A DNA stretch of 64,000 bases from IMGVR_UViG_3300027963_000035:187266-251265; one strand, 5' to 3'; positions 11,872 to 22,434 are shown, counted from the stretch's first letter. Numbers and translations are program-made. Notes: a model not told the origin generated them from the sequence alone.

Positions 11872-11900
11872 TTGACTCTTTTGGACTGACCTGCTATATT
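11872..11900 (+). promoter_or_regulatory. sigma70-like promoter for csrA
   Basis: TTGACT-17nt-TATATT, divergent from the minus-strand motif at 11853. Confidence 0.6.
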
Positions 11901-11947
11901 GTTTTTGTTGTCTGATTTTTCTAAAAATAAAACAAAAGGAACATACA

Positions 11948-12130
11948 GTGCTAGTGCTGTGCCGCAAGGAAAGCGAAAAAATTCACATCCCAGAATTAAA
12001 CGTAACGATTACCCTTGTAAGTGTCGAGGGAAATAGAGCAAGGATAGGCGTGGAAGCCCCAAAGAACTGTAGTATTGTTAGAGAAGAATTGTTAGTTGAC
12101 AACAAGCCTTGGGTCAAAAAGACTCGATGA
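11948..12130 (+). CDS. csrA: Carbon storage regulator CsrA
   Basis: MLVLCRKESEKIHI...RARIGVEAPK...IVREEL; GGA Shine-Dalgarno upstream. Confidence 0.9.
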   Translation: MLVLCRKESEKIHIPELNVTITLVSVEGNRARIGVEAPKNCSIVREELLVDNKPWVKKTR

Positions 12131-12162
12131 GATTTTACCACTAAAAAAAGGAGACAAAAAGA

Positions 12163-12312
12163 ATGAAAAGTAGATATTTGTTTATAACAGCAGCATTTTT
12201 AAGTTTTGTTTTGAGTGTAACCATATGGTTTTTATTTAAAAATGAAAATCAAGCTATTTTTGTTGGAATATGGGTTCCTAGCATATTGTGTCTAGGGAGG
12301 TATTTCGATTAA
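12163..12312 (+). CDS. Small membrane protein
   Basis: AGGAG SD; 49 aa, hydrophobic (MKSRYLFITAAFLSFVLSVTIWF...AIFVGIWVPSILCLG). Confidence 0.55.
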   Translation: MKSRYLFITAAFLSFVLSVTIWFLFKNENQAIFVGIWVPSILCLGRYFD

Positions 12313-12419
12313 TGGATAATTTCTTTCTTTTTATAATGGGAATAGCAATAACCCTAATCTGTGGTATGGGGGTATTAGTTTATTGCGTTGCCCTAGGGTT
12401 ATAAAAAAGAGCAAAAAAA

Positions 12420-12510
12420 GGTTGCGGTTATTGAGCCAGCCGGTGGAGCCGACTTTCGGGCGAGGCTAAGGGTGCTGGCCCGTTCTGAGTGAGTCCACTA
12501 ATATTCAACC
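12420..12510 (-). ncRNA. Candidate GC-rich structured RNA
   Basis: Ends GGTTG/CAACC pair and are followed by a T-run; inner stems GGGCCAGC/GCTGGCTC, AGCC/GGCT and AGTG/CACT; intergenic. Confidence 0.45.
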
Positions 12511-13190
12511 TATAACTGAAAGAAAGCCGTTAATCATATGACTTTCTTTCAGTTTTTTGTTTCTATAAAAATATGATGCCCTAATGTAATCAAATTTTCA
12601 AATCCCATTCCATCGAGATTAGATGGATCATCTTTATATTGCCAGTAGGGGCTGATTTTAGGATCATAAAAAAGTCTATGTCCAGAGGGTTTCACAAAAT
12701 TATATGAAACCTCAACGTTTTTGCATTGCACCCATCCGCAAACATCCCTCTTTTGTTTAGCAAAAACTTTCTCTGCTGTTTTTGATTCATTTTTTAACGT
12801 ACATCCCATAAGCAATAATTGAACTTTATTGGGATCATGATATTCAACTGAATTCGTAATTATGTTGCGAATCTGCCAATGCTTATAATTCTCCCCAGCA
12901 CCCAAATGAAATCGAACTTTAAGCATAATATTACCTGGCTTTTTCTTCTTTATTAGATCTTACCGATAAGATTACGATTCTATTATTTAAGATTTCTATA
13001 TGGTTTACTAATTTATCATTCTGATATTCTAGTTTCTTATTCTGGTATTCTAAATCACTAATTATGTTTCTATACTTAATGTAATTTTTTTTCTGATTAT
13101 ATATTGTTGTTCTCTGATTGTATATTATTACTCCAAGGAAGACATAAAATAGAATTCCTATAAATATTGTTATAAAAACTTTATGGAATT

Positions 13191-13961
13191 TCATGTCCAT
13201 AAGCTCTTTCTGATTTTGATTAATCTGATCATCATATCTTCATCTTCTTTATCATATTGTTCTTCGATGCTTGTGAGTTTATCGAGACTCTCTCTTATAA
13301 TCTCTTTATCTTTTATCCTACTCTCGCAGATTTCGCTCCACTTGCTAATATCGTGAGGATGTTCACGATATGGTCTAACGTTTTTCCACCAATTATAAAT
13401 TTCTAAGATTTCTTTAGAAGATTCTGCTTGGGGTGTTGGCTCGCCGTAACCCTCAGTATATTCTTTCTGGTATCCATTTTCTTCATCTTTTTTAAGACCC
13501 ATCGCCCAATTAAGATATTCGATACCGCCTTCTGCGGATCTCTTATATTTTCCTCTTTCTTTTTTATCTTTGCTTAGATAATTTATCCAAGAAAGTTCAT
13601 CTTCCACAAATTCAGATAATTCAGTAAACAAACCATAGAGTATCTTTTCATCTACTTCATGATAATGTCCTGGCTCTAGGCCGGTCTTTAAATAATGAGT
13701 CTTATCTACAAACCTATTATTTAAATAAGTTTTTATGGAATTGTAGAGATCTGACGGGTAAAATATAAAGTCTTGAAGATTGCCAAGAAGAGTATCGGAG
13801 AGATAATATCTAATCGGTCTTTTGTTCTCTTGTTCCTTTCTCCAATCTTCCCAACCTTCCATTGTGAGTCCAAGAGGCTTATCTTCACCTCTAACCCAAT
13901 TTGCAAATTTGCTACAAGTCCAGTAATTGAATCTGGTTCTTAACATAGTGAAATTTTCCAA
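13191..13961 (-). CDS. Conserved hypothetical phage protein
   Basis: 256-aa ORF ending MMIRLIKIRKSLWT. Confidence 0.6.
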   Translation of the reverse strand: MENFTMLRTRFNYWTCSKFANWVRGEDKPLGLTMEGWEDWRKEQENKRPIRYYLSDTLLGNLQDFIFYPSDLYNSIKTYLNNRFVDKTHYLKTGLEPGHYHEVDEKILYGLFTELSEFVEDELSWINYLSKDKKERGKYKRSAEGGIEYLNWAMGLKKDEENGYQKEYTEGYGEPTPQAESSKEILEIYNWWKNVRPYREHPHDISKWSEICESRIKDKEIIRESLDKLTSIEEQYDKEDEDMMIRLIKIRKSLWT

Positions 13962-14937
13962 AAAAATTAGTATCGCAGTTCCGTGTAGACCACTGCGTAA
14001 TGTATATTAAATTTAACTTACACTCTATTGGCTGTCGATAACCTCAACCCAGTAACAGTATAGTGATCGACCACTATTTTTTTGTTACCAACAAGATAGT
14101 ATTGTTGTATATACGGGTACTAATTTTTAGTTTGGAACAACGACCTTTCTTTGAAGTGTTTTTTTGCAATATTCAAACATACGAATTCCACTAATATCTT
14201 TGTTGTTTTTCAAGTCAAAGATTCGATAAAGTCTGTGAGTGCGGTTCTTAAAATTGGAATCTTTTTTTAATTTTTTAGGGCACTTAAAACGAGGCTTGTA
14301 TAATTTAAGAGAATTATAATAATGACGCAAAACCGTTTGTTTAAAATGCTCCCTAGCGAAGAACAAGAGATTGGGTTTTTTGTATTTATCATAGTATTCG
14401 ACTATAGCATAATCCATGCCTCTAACTATAGAAGCCTTATAGGCATTTAAGACTTTTTCAAGGTCTAGATTATTTTTTAACTGAATATGTGTGTTATTTT
14501 TTACGAAATCCAAGAACTCTCCTGTTACAGGAACAAAAGAACCTAGCATTTTTTCTTTTTTGCTGATTTTGTGCGGCATAGTTCTTTTGCTTTCGACAGT
14601 ATTTTTTCTATTTCAACTTCAATGAAACTTAACTTATCAATTGATTGTCCTGCCACAAAGCCTCTTTTTATTTCTTCTTCTCTATGCTTCTTTGAATATC
14701 TCGGACTTATCCAACGATATTGTTCATTTTTTTCATAATCCCAAACAGTCATCTCATAAACAGTTTGCTTGTTAGCATCAAAAACCACACCAGTAGAGCA
14801 AATAAAATTTTTGCCCCTTTTCTTATCATTTGAGATTATGAAAGCATTTTCTCCATAACAATCCCAAAGAAATTCAGCCCCATCAGTAATTGAGTAATTG
14901 ACACTGATCAGATAATCTTTTAGGGTGATCTTAGTTT

Positions 14938-15789
14938 TCATTTTAGATAGTAGGCTTTATACTTTTTTCTGTATTTTTCAGATACTTGCCAAGCAACTGT
15001 TTGAAAATAATTTGCAAGTTCAGGACTAACGCTAACCGTAGACCCCGATTCAGTAGTAACTTCACAAGGCAATCCCTTTGGATCTAATCTATGAATTATA
15101 CTGTGAAAAACACATGCTGTCAAATAAGCCCCGGTAGGATTTTCATGAACTTCATCAAGAAATAATTCAAGATCTGGTTTTTCATTACGAACTATTTTCC
15201 ATGCTTCGCCAACAAAACAAACTTCGCTATAGGTATTGTCCTTCATAGCTTGAATTAGTTGTGAAGTCAAACTTCCCTGAGCCCATAAATTACTTTTATG
15301 TGCCCAAACCAAGTATAATATCGGAACAGATTTATTGTCAATTAGACTACAGAATTTCTTTACATATTCTTGATATAAATCCGGGTCTGTGTATGGTCGC
15401 TGACTAATATCTTGCAATACAACAAAATTACTCAATTCACTTGTTATTACGTTTTGAGCATCAGGGCCACTCCAATGACCCTCTAAAGATTGACCCCCGA
15501 CAGCAACCACTTTAGTTTGTATATCTACGCCCACTGTTTTTGCAAATTCAACAATAACTCCTGGAATATCGGAGAAGTATGTATGGCTGTTGCCAACAAA
15601 GACTATTTTTAATTTTTTGCTATAAGGAGCATTATCTAATTTGCGCTGTCTAAGCCAATTTAGATGAACAACGTAATCAGCAGACTTTCTTGTTGCTTGA
15701 ACAGCACTGAGAACCAGCCCAGATAAAACTGCAATGATGGTTATGCTAACCAGCAGTTCAACAAGGGTGGTTCCACGCTTATTCATCAT
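14938..15789 (-). CDS. Prepilin-type N-terminal cleavage/methylation domain fused to an SGNH/GDSL-like hydrolase
   Basis: KRGTTLVELLVSITIIAVLSGLVLSAVQATRKSA, then VFVGNSHT, VVLQD and DEVHEN (DxxH). Confidence 0.75.
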   Translation of the reverse strand: MMNKRGTTLVELLVSITIIAVLSGLVLSAVQATRKSADYVVHLNWLRQRKLDNAPYSKKLKIVFVGNSHTYFSDIPGVIVEFAKTVGVDIQTKVVAVGGQSLEGHWSGPDAQNVITSELSNFVVLQDISQRPYTDPDLYQEYVKKFCSLIDNKSVPILYLVWAHKSNLWAQGSLTSQLIQAMKDNTYSEVCFVGEAWKIVRNEKPDLELFLDEVHENPTGAYLTACVFHSIIHRLDPKGLPCEVTTESGSTVSVSPELANYFQTVAWQVSEKYRKKYKAYYLK

Positions 15790-15870
15790 ATGGAAATTCT
15801 TCTACACAAACCAACTCATGATATTCATCAGATGGATTATCAAACCAAGGTTGTAAGTCAGGATATTCCA

Positions 15871-16611
15871 TTACTTCAACTTTTCAATCAACTGTCCGAC
15901 AGTCATATCCTTATCTTGCCGACGAAGTTCAAGCATCATAGATTGCTTGACCTTTTTCTGCTCATTGACATATTTCTTAATATTACGATCCCCTGGGTGG
16001 CTAAAAGCGAACAAGGTAATTCTCTTATGTAGTTGATCGAGAATTTCCCACTTCTTTTCAGTCTTGATTCGCTTGCCAATTTTACCCTTATTAATATCAT
16101 CCATCAGCCACACAACAATACCGGGCTTATTAAAATCTACAATTTCACCCTTAAGCCTAATAATAAGTTTAGTGTAGGCGTAACTATGTCCCCACCACCC
16201 CTTATCAATAGTCATCTTTTCTTCTGCTTTATGGAAGCGATCTTTAATCAAGTTGGTATAAACATAGATTAATGTCTTGGTTCGCCCCCAACCTTTTTCT
16301 CCAAGAACCTTAGTGTTAATCGGGGCATTAACGATAACATCTTCTGCTTCCGGCCAACGACCCTTAATTATATACCTCGCATAATCAACACAACATTGAG
16401 CATCTTCAAGGATAATATTTTCAAGATCCTTGTTTCGCTTTCCTTCATTGAGGGCGGTTATAAGTGCTTCTTGACTAGGTGAGAGTTTAGGGGCAGCCTT
16501 AGTATTATTCATTTTATAATTATTGGTTGAGTGATTATTGTTGTTAAGATAATTTGCGTTAATGAAGCCTGTGCGGTGATGCCGAGCCAGATTTATATTA
16601 TTCAAAATCAC
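15871..16611 (-). CDS. YARxIIKGRWPEAE repeat-family protein (start uncertain)
   Basis: DYARYIIKGRWPEAEDVI. Confidence 0.6.
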   Translation of the reverse strand: MILNNINLARHHRTGFINANYLNNNNHSTNNYKMNNTKAAPKLSPSQEALITALNEGKRNKDLENIILEDAQCCVDYARYIIKGRWPEAEDVIVNAPINTKVLGEKGWGRTKTLIYVYTNLIKDRFHKAEEKMTIDKGWWGHSYAYTKLIIRLKGEIVDFNKPGIVVWLMDDINKGKIGKRIKTEKKWEILDQLHKRITLFAFSHPGDRNIKKYVNEQKKVKQSMMLELRRQDKDMTVGQLIEKLK

Positions 16612-17026
16612 CTGCCTTGTATTCGTAGTCAGGAGAGTCTACTGTTTCTGTTACACGGTAGCGATTATAAACAATGATCTTATCATTATCTAGATCAAAT
16701 GTAATTTCGCCCTCGCAACCATCGTTGTTAAAATTCACTTCATCATGACTTTCAAGAACACTCCAAATACAACTATCCAGAATGTTTTTAGTCTCATGAA
16801 GATCTTTGCTTATATTTTCAAGGTCTTCGCTTTGCGGTCGGCCTTTTTCACTAAAACTATCCAAAAGTTTAGGATTTTTCAAACTACACTTAGCATAGGC
16901 GTTGCAGTCGTAGAAATCATTGAAACTATCTCCACTTCCCTCATAAGAGATAGTAATGAATCCAGTGTTGGGATAATTCTTTTTAAGACTCGCCAAAATT
17001 TCTGACTTTTTCATTGGATTTTTCAT
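16598..17026 (-). CDS. Hypothetical protein (DUF6878-like)
   Basis: ITISYEGSGDS...NNDGCEGEITFD. Confidence 0.55.
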   Translation of the reverse strand: MKNPMKKSEILASLKKNYPNTGFITISYEGSGDSFNDFYDCNAYAKCSLKNPKLLDSFSEKGRPQSEDLENISKDLHETKNILDSCIWSVLESHDEVNFNNDGCEGEITFDLDNDKIIVYNRYRVTETVDSPDYEYKAGDFE

Positions 17027-17030
17027 AATA

Positions 17031-17471
17031 TTATTTTAGGTGTTCAATAATTTTTTCTGTAATCGGAACGGTCAATCCTATGTTTTCATCGGTTTGAAAA
17101 AAACTTCCTTCAATACAAGCATCATCAAAATCATCTAATATTGCAAACTTTTGTGCTTGATTGTTATTTAGCCATGCCTGTATTTCTTCGTTTCTCCTGA
17201 CCCATCCACCTTCTGTCCATCCTTCTGACCTTTCAATTACGGGAGTGCAATCAAAAAGTTCAAGTCCATGTTGACTGAGTGCTTGAATAACAATATTTTT
17301 ATCTTTTTCTTGAACTCTCCAAGTTGAAGAAAGAACAATTTTTGCTTCTGTTTCTCTGACAATTCTTGCGACAAGAGCCACAAGAATGTTATCAATAAAA
17401 TCAAAACCAAACTTTTTTATTGTTTTTGGAGTGTTTAGAACCCCATCAACATCTAAGAAAATGATTTTCAT
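17031..17471 (-). CDS. HAD-family phosphatase (HAD_SAK_2-like)
   Basis: IIFLDVDGVLN, IVLSSTWR, R-x-x-EI, FAILDD. Confidence 0.85.
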   Translation of the reverse strand: MKIIFLDVDGVLNTPKTIKKFGFDFIDNILVALVARIVRETEAKIVLSSTWRVQEKDKNIVIQALSQHGLELFDCTPVIERSEGWTEGGWVRRNEEIQAWLNNNQAQKFAILDDFDDACIEGSFFQTDENIGLTVPITEKIIEHLK

Positions 17472-18786
17472 TTTGGCGTCCCCACAGTCTCAAACCGTAC
17501 CGGAGGGAAACTACTTCTCAAAACAACCGTACCCAGCCATATGCTCAAATGTTAATAATCCATTTCTTGGGCTTTTGGCATTAGTGCAAACTCCCCAATT
17601 ATAGCCAAGTGAATCTTTGTTTGAATTACTTTTTACAAAATGTTTGCACCCAAGACTACAATCAGGATAGTCTTTGGTTTTATCTTTCCATCGTTCAATT
17701 TGTCCTCCATACTCAAAATAATCGGTAGGAAGAATCTTTAAGTCTTTTAGGTGTTCCATTTTACTTCACTATTTTTTGGTTCATATCTTTGAGAAATTGA
17801 AATTGATTTTTAACTTTTTCTTCTACTTCCTCTAGAGGAAGATTTGTAGGAACACCAAAATAACATGCGGTCTTCATAATATCAAGCCAATTTTGATCCA
17901 GTGGTGTATAACAACCAGTTTTCACCATATTTGCGTAAACCTCTTTGGTAGAAAAAATTTGATTGCAAATTATTTTAGGAGCAGGGTCCAAAGTAATATC
18001 ATGATTGATACCATTTGAATCTATTACCCAAGCATGCTCAATAAAAATACCACTTAATCCAATCACAATACCTTCCGCATACAATAGTTCAATTACATTC
18101 TGGTCAGTTAATAGTTTTTGACTATTTGCAAAGCACTGTTTGGCAGCAGGCCGAAAGTGAGCAAGACTTATTGCTTTCTTGATATGCTCCGGATGATGCT
18201 TGTAACTTACTGGAGACCAGCCGTTTTTCATCAGTTGATGAAAAGTTTTAGCAACTCTCTTGTTCAAACTTTTTCTCCAATAAATTGAAAGTAAGCTTTT
18301 ACAAAGTAATCTTTTAAAAAGTAACCATTGGGAGCTTCCAATGAAAGAAGAAGCATTTGTTTGTGCATATCTTCTGGAAGTTTGCCTTTTGAAATATTAA
18401 TGGCATAAAAATAATTTTTCATTGGAATATAGGAAAGCTGAAGTGCAAGGCTTTCACATTCTTTTACACAGTATTTCAAGGAGCGTTCCACTCCCTTTGA
18501 CCAAGAATCTGTCCATTTAACAAGATCGCCGCTGTGGGCACAATCATAACCGATCCACCAAATATTTTCCGGCAGGCCGTTTAAATGGCCGGAAAATGTA
18601 ACACCACCATGAACAGTTAAGTATTCATCAATATCAGTGTTTTCCACCCCATAGTAGCCGCTATCTTTTTCTACACCCACATAACCACAGCGATATTGTC
18701 CATTTTGGTTAAATATTACAATGGCTCTAAGACCAGCCTTTGTAATCCAATCTTTTTCAATTTTCATGATAGGTATAAATGCCCAA

Positions 18787-18821
18787 ACGCTAGGCCCATA
18801 AATTTCTCTATGGGCCTAGCG
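18787..18821. terminator. Hairpin terminator
   Basis: CGCTAGGCCCATA...TATGGGCCTAGCG inverted repeat. Confidence 0.6.
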
Positions 18822-19249
18822 GATCTTGCGGGCTAATTTTGTAGGGAGTTAATTATGTTGACTTCAGTCAACCTTAATGTCCTTGGTGTGAGTCTCAGGA
18901 ACACCATATGCGTTCTTTGCAGTAAACTTGAGCGTCACAGTATTGCCATTGACCTTAGTGGAGAACTCATGAAAAACAAGGGTGTCGGGATAATTCACCA
19001 TTCCCCGAACAATTTCCTTTGCCTTAAGAATCTTATCAATATCAGAGTCGCTAATCTTGATGGGATCAGAAGCATAAGAAGTGTGAACCGAAGCACAAGC
19101 AACGATCATCAGGATAAAAGCAGCAACAATCTTCATATCTGTAGTCCTTTGATTTTTGGTTGGAGGCTGAGACCAGACCGTACCAAAAAGAAACTTTAGG
19201 TGCAAGTTTGATGGTTTTTAAAAAATTTTATAAAATAATACATAAACAC

Positions 19250-19957
19250 ATGGAAGTAAAATCTAAAATATTAGTTTGCATTGCATTTCACTATGTTGAA
19301 AAAAGGATAGATTACGTAAAACAATTATTGAATAATTACGCTACCTACAAAGCGGATGTTGATATTATTGTAGATTCTAATAAATATATAAATTTAAACG
19401 CTAAAGTATGTGTGCATAATTTAGAGCATCCTTATCATTTAACATGGGTGCACAGAAAACACTTTATAGATAATATTGATAATTATGATTATTTTATGTA
19501 TGTTGAAGATGATATGTTGGTGACCTACGATGCATTCAATGAATACATATCAAATTTTGATGAATTATGGAAATTGGGACGTGTTCCATCTTTTATTAGA
19601 GTTGAACATCACAATGGAAAGAAATTCGTAACTGACATTACCAGTCAACAATCAATTAATACAACATCAGTTAATGGTAAATCTTTCATGACTTTATCAC
19701 AACCATATCATGCTTTTTGGATTATGCCGAAGAAACAACTAAAAGAAAGCATAACTCCAAATTTTACCAAGCTAGATACATCAAGAGAAAATGCTGCTTC
19801 TTATCCTATGTGGGGATTAGGTAAAACTCCCATGGTTAGAATAGAAAACAATCAAATAAGCGAATTGTGCTATTCATATCACTTGGCCAACAATTACGCC
19901 TCTGATCCCAATACCTACTTTGGAAAGATAGAAGTCAAAGATATAATAAAAAATTAA
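19250..19957 (+). CDS. Putative glycosyltransferase-like protein
   Basis: YDYFMYVEDD (DxD-like) motif, LTWVHR, CYSYHLANNY. Confidence 0.55.
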   Translation: MEVKSKILVCIAFHYVEKRIDYVKQLLNNYATYKADVDIIVDSNKYINLNAKVCVHNLEHPYHLTWVHRKHFIDNIDNYDYFMYVEDDMLVTYDAFNEYISNFDELWKLGRVPSFIRVEHHNGKKFVTDITSQQSINTTSVNGKSFMTLSQPYHAFWIMPKKQLKESITPNFTKLDTSRENAASYPMWGLGKTPMVRIENNQISELCYSYHLANNYASDPNTYFGKIEVKDIIKN

Positions 19958-20221
19958 TTAGATTTTGAAAAAGAAGTATATCCCTCTATAAATCCTTCAA
20001 CTTCTTCTTTTGATTTTAAGAAGGTTGTGCAATTGGCATAAACCATATTATCATCAATTGGAAACATGTTTTCTTTCGCAGAGAAGGCTAGTTTGCCCTC
20101 TTTTAAACCACTTTGATAAAGTGCTTGTTTTTCTTCTATAGTGGATCTAGATATCCTAGTTTCCAAAAAGAAAACAAAAAGGATGCCAAGAACCAAAGAA
20201 GAAGACAAGATCAAGACTGAT

Positions 20222-20764
20222 TTATTTGGAAGCATAGTATACTCCAATTCTGTCCGTACTCTCGTTAAAAAGTTGGTATTGAACTATGTTTTCAAAGCCC
20301 CATCTTATGAAAGATTCTTCGCAAACCTTCTTTGTAGCAGGACAGTGATACTCAAAAGCGATTTGCTTGACAGAAGGCAAAGAGGGAATATCTCTAAAGT
20401 ATATCTCGGCGCCCTCTATATCACACTTAATTACTTCTGGCTCATATTTTAAAAAATATTCCAGATCTTTTGAGGATCTTATTGCCTTGGCATAAGATAC
20501 AAACCTATCGTTATCAATATTTTCTTTACTTAAATCTACACCAATAACCTTAAGTGCGCCTTTATTTAAAAACCACTGGGCGGTGGATATTGATGAATAA
20601 AATTTGCCACAACCCAAATCCAAAACAACTTTATCTTTAAAATCTAAAAAAGACCAGTGTTCATCAGGTTCTTCAGTTTGTATTTTTTTTTGAGACATAA
20701 TTGTGCTTTCTAATGAGTTTATTATAGCTTGGGTGGTAAGTTTTTCAAGTATAATATAACGCAT
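20222..20764 (-). CDS. Class I SAM-dependent methyltransferase
   Basis: VVLDLGCG, VIGVD, IKCDIEGAE. Confidence 0.75.
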   Translation of the reverse strand: MRYIILEKLTTQAIINSLESTIMSQKKIQTEEPDEHWSFLDFKDKVVLDLGCGKFYSSISTAQWFLNKGALKVIGVDLSKENIDNDRFVSYAKAIRSSKDLEYFLKYEPEVIKCDIEGAEIYFRDIPSLPSVKQIAFEYHCPATKKVCEESFIRWGFENIVQYQLFNESTDRIGVYYASK

Positions 20765-20793
20765 AAAATGGAGGGCTAAATACTATATAAATT

Positions 20794-21456
20794 ATGAAAT
20801 CAAATCATAATTTATGTCCTTCTTGTGGACGAGCTCTTAAAGGAACAAGAAGAAAGTTTTGCTCTACTGAATGCGTACTAAAATCAAGTAATTCAAAACA
20901 TCAAAATTACAAAAATCAGCACAGACGGGGCGTTTCAAAAAAAATGCAATTAATGAAGATGAAGGGAATGTCGTGTAAGGTATGTGGATACAAAAAGAAC
21001 TATGCAGCCATGGCCTTTCATCACAGAGATCCAAAGAAAAAATCACACGGTCTTGACTCTAGAGCATGTTCAAATATGTCTTGGAAGTCTTTAGTTCTGG
21101 AGGCGGAGAAGTGTGATTTGGTGTGCATGAATTGTCATATGGAAATTCATCATCCACAATTTGAGGCCGAAAATGCAAATAAAATAATGGATGATTTCGT
21201 TCAATTCAATCAAACCGAAGTAAATCAGCACCTTCTTAAACCCATGAATTGCGAGCGATGCGGCGTAGAATATCAACCCGATAAACACAAAAGAAAATTT
21301 TGTTCCGATAAATGTTATCGCTTAAACTCTAGAAGAGTAGAGCGGCCCTCCAAAGAACAACTTGAGAAAGACTTGTCTGAAATGAATTTTGTAAAGGTAG
21401 GCAAAAAATATGGTGTATCAGATAATGCAGTGAGAAAATGGCTTAAGAGCTATTAA
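20794..21456 (+). CDS. Free-standing HNH (His-Cys) endonuclease with zinc-ribbon and HTH tail
   Basis: CKVCGY...FHHRDP...KCDLVCMNCHMEIH; C-terminal VGKKYGVSDNAVRKWLK. Confidence 0.85.
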   Translation: MKSNHNLCPSCGRALKGTRRKFCSTECVLKSSNSKHQNYKNQHRRGVSKKMQLMKMKGMSCKVCGYKKNYAAMAFHHRDPKKKSHGLDSRACSNMSWKSLVLEAEKCDLVCMNCHMEIHHPQFEAENANKIMDDFVQFNQTEVNQHLLKPMNCERCGVEYQPDKHKRKFCSDKCYRLNSRRVERPSKEQLEKDLSEMNFVKVGKKYGVSDNAVRKWLKSY

Positions 21457-21460
21457 AAGA

Positions 21461-21497
21461 CACGAGGCTGCTTGATATTGTCAAGCAGCCTCGTGTT
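21461..21497. terminator. Bidirectional terminator between the HNH gene and the tRNA
   Basis: ACACGAGGCTGCTTGA...TCAAGCAGCCTCGTGT. Confidence 0.75.
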
Positions 21498-21500
21498 ACG

Positions 21501-21764
21501 TCCGAAGGGTGGGATTCGAACCCACAGTCTACAAATTCAAGTTTGTGTGATTTTCACCACTCCTTGGACTTTGTCTTCACCATATCTTACGATTTAGGTG
21601 GTCGCCGTTAAGTCTCTACACGTTCCCTTACGGGCTTCGCTCGGCATTGCCATATGCTCACGCATTTAGGTTTCACCGAATTTGACGACATCCCATACGA
21701 AGTTTCCAATCGTATGGCACGAAAATTCATGAGTTTGTTGCATTAACCGTTTTGCTACCTTCGG
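21501..21764 (-). tRNA. tRNA-CAT (probably Ile2) interrupted by a group I intron
   Basis: Spliced cloverleaf: acceptor CCGAAGG/CCTTCGG plus A, anticodon arm ACAAA-CTCAT^AA-TTTGT, T-arm GTGGG-TTCGAAT-CCCAC. Adjacent to tilS. Confidence 0.85.
21538..21728 (-). ncRNA. Group I intron (IC3, Azoarcus-like), 191 nt
   Basis: U before the 5' splice site; terminal G; IGS GTG; core AAATTCGGTGAAA, AATGCCGAGC, GTAGAGACT, AAGACAAAGTCC; CCTAA/TATGG tetraloop-receptor sequences. Confidence 0.9.
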
Positions 21765-21780
21765 AAATTAACCAACTGTG

Positions 21781-22434
21781 CTAGTCTAGAATTACCGTCT
21801 TATTCTTCAAGTTTTTTTCAATTCTCCTTGAACAATATTTTTCTAGACTTAACTTTTGTTTTTTCATTTCTGGAATGATTGTTTGACGAATCCAATTTCT
21901 TCTGCTTCCTTTGACAACCTTATTGGTTTCGTCCTCCACAGTATAGCAATTCCATTTATTCCTGTCAACGTACTCTTGAAAATCTTTTTTCTTACTTAAT
22001 AGAAAAGGATGGATGATCTTGAATCCATCGAACTCGCTAATTAATTCAAAAGGATTGTGATTGGGTTGTCCACGAAAACAATTAATTAAATAGCTTTCCA
22101 CATAATCATTGAGATGATGAGCAGTGATTACATAACCTTCGTAATCCACAACCTCTTTATAAAAATTTAAGCGGGCCTCCCTGCAATCTTTTTCTGTTTT
22201 TAAATTTTGGCCCTTACCCACAATGCCCTTTAATCCTAATTTACCACAAAGTTCATGGAACTTATTTTCCATGGCATGGTTCTGTTCTCTTAGATTATGA
22301 TTAAAGTGCAATGGAGTAATGTTGTATCCCTTGCTTCTCAACCAAAATAAAGAAGATACGCTATCGACACCCATGCTTACGGCAACATAGCAATGAGTTT
22401 CTTTTGAAACAATTTCTTTAATGATCTTGATCAA
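21781..22434 (-). CDS. tilS: tRNA(Ile)-lysidine synthetase, minimal PP-loop form
   Basis: VAVSMGVDS, HFNHNLR, TAHHLNDYVES, HPFL, EDETN, RNWIR. Confidence 0.85.
   Translation of the reverse strand: MIKIIKEIVSKETHCYVAVSMGVDSVSSLFWLRSKGYNITPLHFNHNLREQNHAMENKFHELCGKLGLKGIVGKGQNLKTEKDCREARLNFYKEVVDYEGYVITAHHLNDYVESYLINCFRGQPNHNPFELISEFDGFKIIHPFLLSKKKDFQEYVDRNKWNCYTVEDETNKVVKGSRRNWIRQTIIPEMKKQKLSLEKYCSRRIEKNLKNKTVILD

Noticed and set aside
13970-14075. Intergenic hairpins as an ncRNA
   Set aside because: Only short isolated stems and no recognisable motif; support is insufficient.
21501-21764. Initiator tRNA-fMet
   Set aside because: Positions 1-72 are paired and the anticodon stem lacks three consecutive G-C pairs.
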